A stretch of 62,684 bases of DNA, the filler included, from Rhabdomonas costata (taxonomy: Eukaryota), in NCBI GenBank assembly GCA_019059605.1. It is 43 parts of 43 records of this genome, joined end to end, with 100 filler letters (N's around TTAATTAATTAA, not from the genome) between each part and the next. Parts side by side here need not be neighbours in the genome. Positions count along the whole stretch, not along the records: positions 61,326 to 62,684 come from JAHMHO010018273.1; 42 more parts are not named here. One strand, given 5' to 3'. Every line of letters begins with the position of its first letter. Position 1 is the first letter of the stretch. A model generated the notes under the pieces. The model was not told the origin of the DNA and ran no database searches. It saw only the letters and a program-made list of their open reading frames with translations. The position numbers were made by a program, and so were the translations under genes. Below are positions 61,817-62,684 of this stretch, one piece after another.

Positions 61817-62549
61817 GTGGACAACTGCGTCCGCCTGTCAACGTGCGTGCCGGCGCGGTCGCTGCACAAGTTTATGGTGCAAAAGGCCCTGGAAGAGCCC
61901 GACATCGTCGTCGGGAAAGACAGTGTGTCCCTTGCTGTGCGTGGGAGTGGCCTTCGAGTGGACGAATCAGGGTCTTTTGTGGGTCAACGTCTGCTCAGCA
62001 TTTGCTGGCAGATACCAGTGGATTGGTACGTTTTACTGACCGAAACCCTTCTGTCATTCAAACTAGTTGTGGACTTGGTCAAGTGGTTATTGATGAGCAT
62101 TGATGAGCTTTTTGAAGTTTTACGGAGTTGGAGTGAGGCTAGCACCCAATTATGCGGGCTGAGGACTGTCTCCTGTTGCATGGCTTTGGTGGCCGAGAGC
62201 ACAGCCCAGTGCTTTTGCAGAAAACCCACCCAACCTTGCCTTTTGGTTACCGTGATCTAAGGCAAGTCGCCATTCACCCACTATTGAAGACTCAGTTTCA
62301 CAAGCTGTTAGGTTCTCAACCTGTGCCTAACCCTCCCTAAACGCCCGTGCGGACTCCGTACGAATCCTGCCTTGACGTGTGTGATGGCATGTCTTTTCCC
62401 AGACACGACGCTTGGAGACCTCTTCAAGAACCTTGGGCTGACCGACCCCCGGCAGCTCACTGTGGAGCGGCTTGGGGTGCAGCCTGGGCCGCAGCGGCTC
62501 TTCCACCGCTTCGACATCTTCAGCAAGGACTACTCCAGAGGAGGGGCAG
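61817..62549 (+). CDS. AMP deaminase-like domain with degenerate zinc motif, 2 exons
   Basis: Exons 61817-61922 and 62403-62549 (phase 1): VDNCVRLSTCVPARSLHKFMVQKALEEPDIVVGKDNTTLGDLFKNLGL...LTVERLGVQ...LFHRFDIF, aligning with AMPD VDTHIH...TL.EVF...FHRFDKF. Confidence 0.85.
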
Positions 62550-62684
62550 GTACCTTTTGTCCCTTGTCGGGTTACCTCTTTCTGGCAAGCCGCCCCCACA
62601 TATTCTCGCGCACTCGCACGCTTGAGAGATGTCGCAGCTTCCGCTTGCGTGGCAGTGCAGCGTGCAGTTGTTCCAAACCACCCC

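Overview
This window is not contiguous DNA. It is an artificial concatenation of 43 unrelated contigs of about 1.36 kb each, apparently size-sorted, joined by 42 identical 100-bp spacers (N44-TTAATTAATTAA-N44, which gives stop codons in all six frames). Adjacency between contigs has no biological meaning, so no multi-gene locus or operon-like system can be claimed. The contigs come from an intron-rich eukaryote, probably a euglenozoan such as a euglenid. That assignment is an inference from GTGYG-type splice donors, AG acceptors just before start codons, an MLRR-type mitochondrial presequence, a HAMP-cyclase-type receptor and a divergent AMP deaminase. Most real genes are split into short GT-AG exons that the ORF track misses, so I spliced them by hand. 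Recognisable fragments: RPL27A, MCM3, YIF1, DNAJC7-like, DCAF11/WDR23, SCOT-family CoA transferase, class II fumarase, a mitochondrial carrier, NDUFA8-like, two NIPP1-type FHA proteins, GT15 and DUF5672 glycosyltransferase-like genes, PDZ, ankyrin and IPT/TIG proteins, and retroelement relics (Ty3/Gypsy gag, DIRS-like RT, CRE-like zinc finger). The most notable observations are a gamma-proteobacterial-type aspartate-semialdehyde dehydrogenase carrying spliceosomal introns, an intron-split PstS-like domain with an altered phosphate-binding motif, an AMP deaminase domain lacking its zinc-binding HxH, and an NDUFA8 homolog that has lost a matched cysteine pair. All family assignments rest on motifs recognised from memory; no searches were run.
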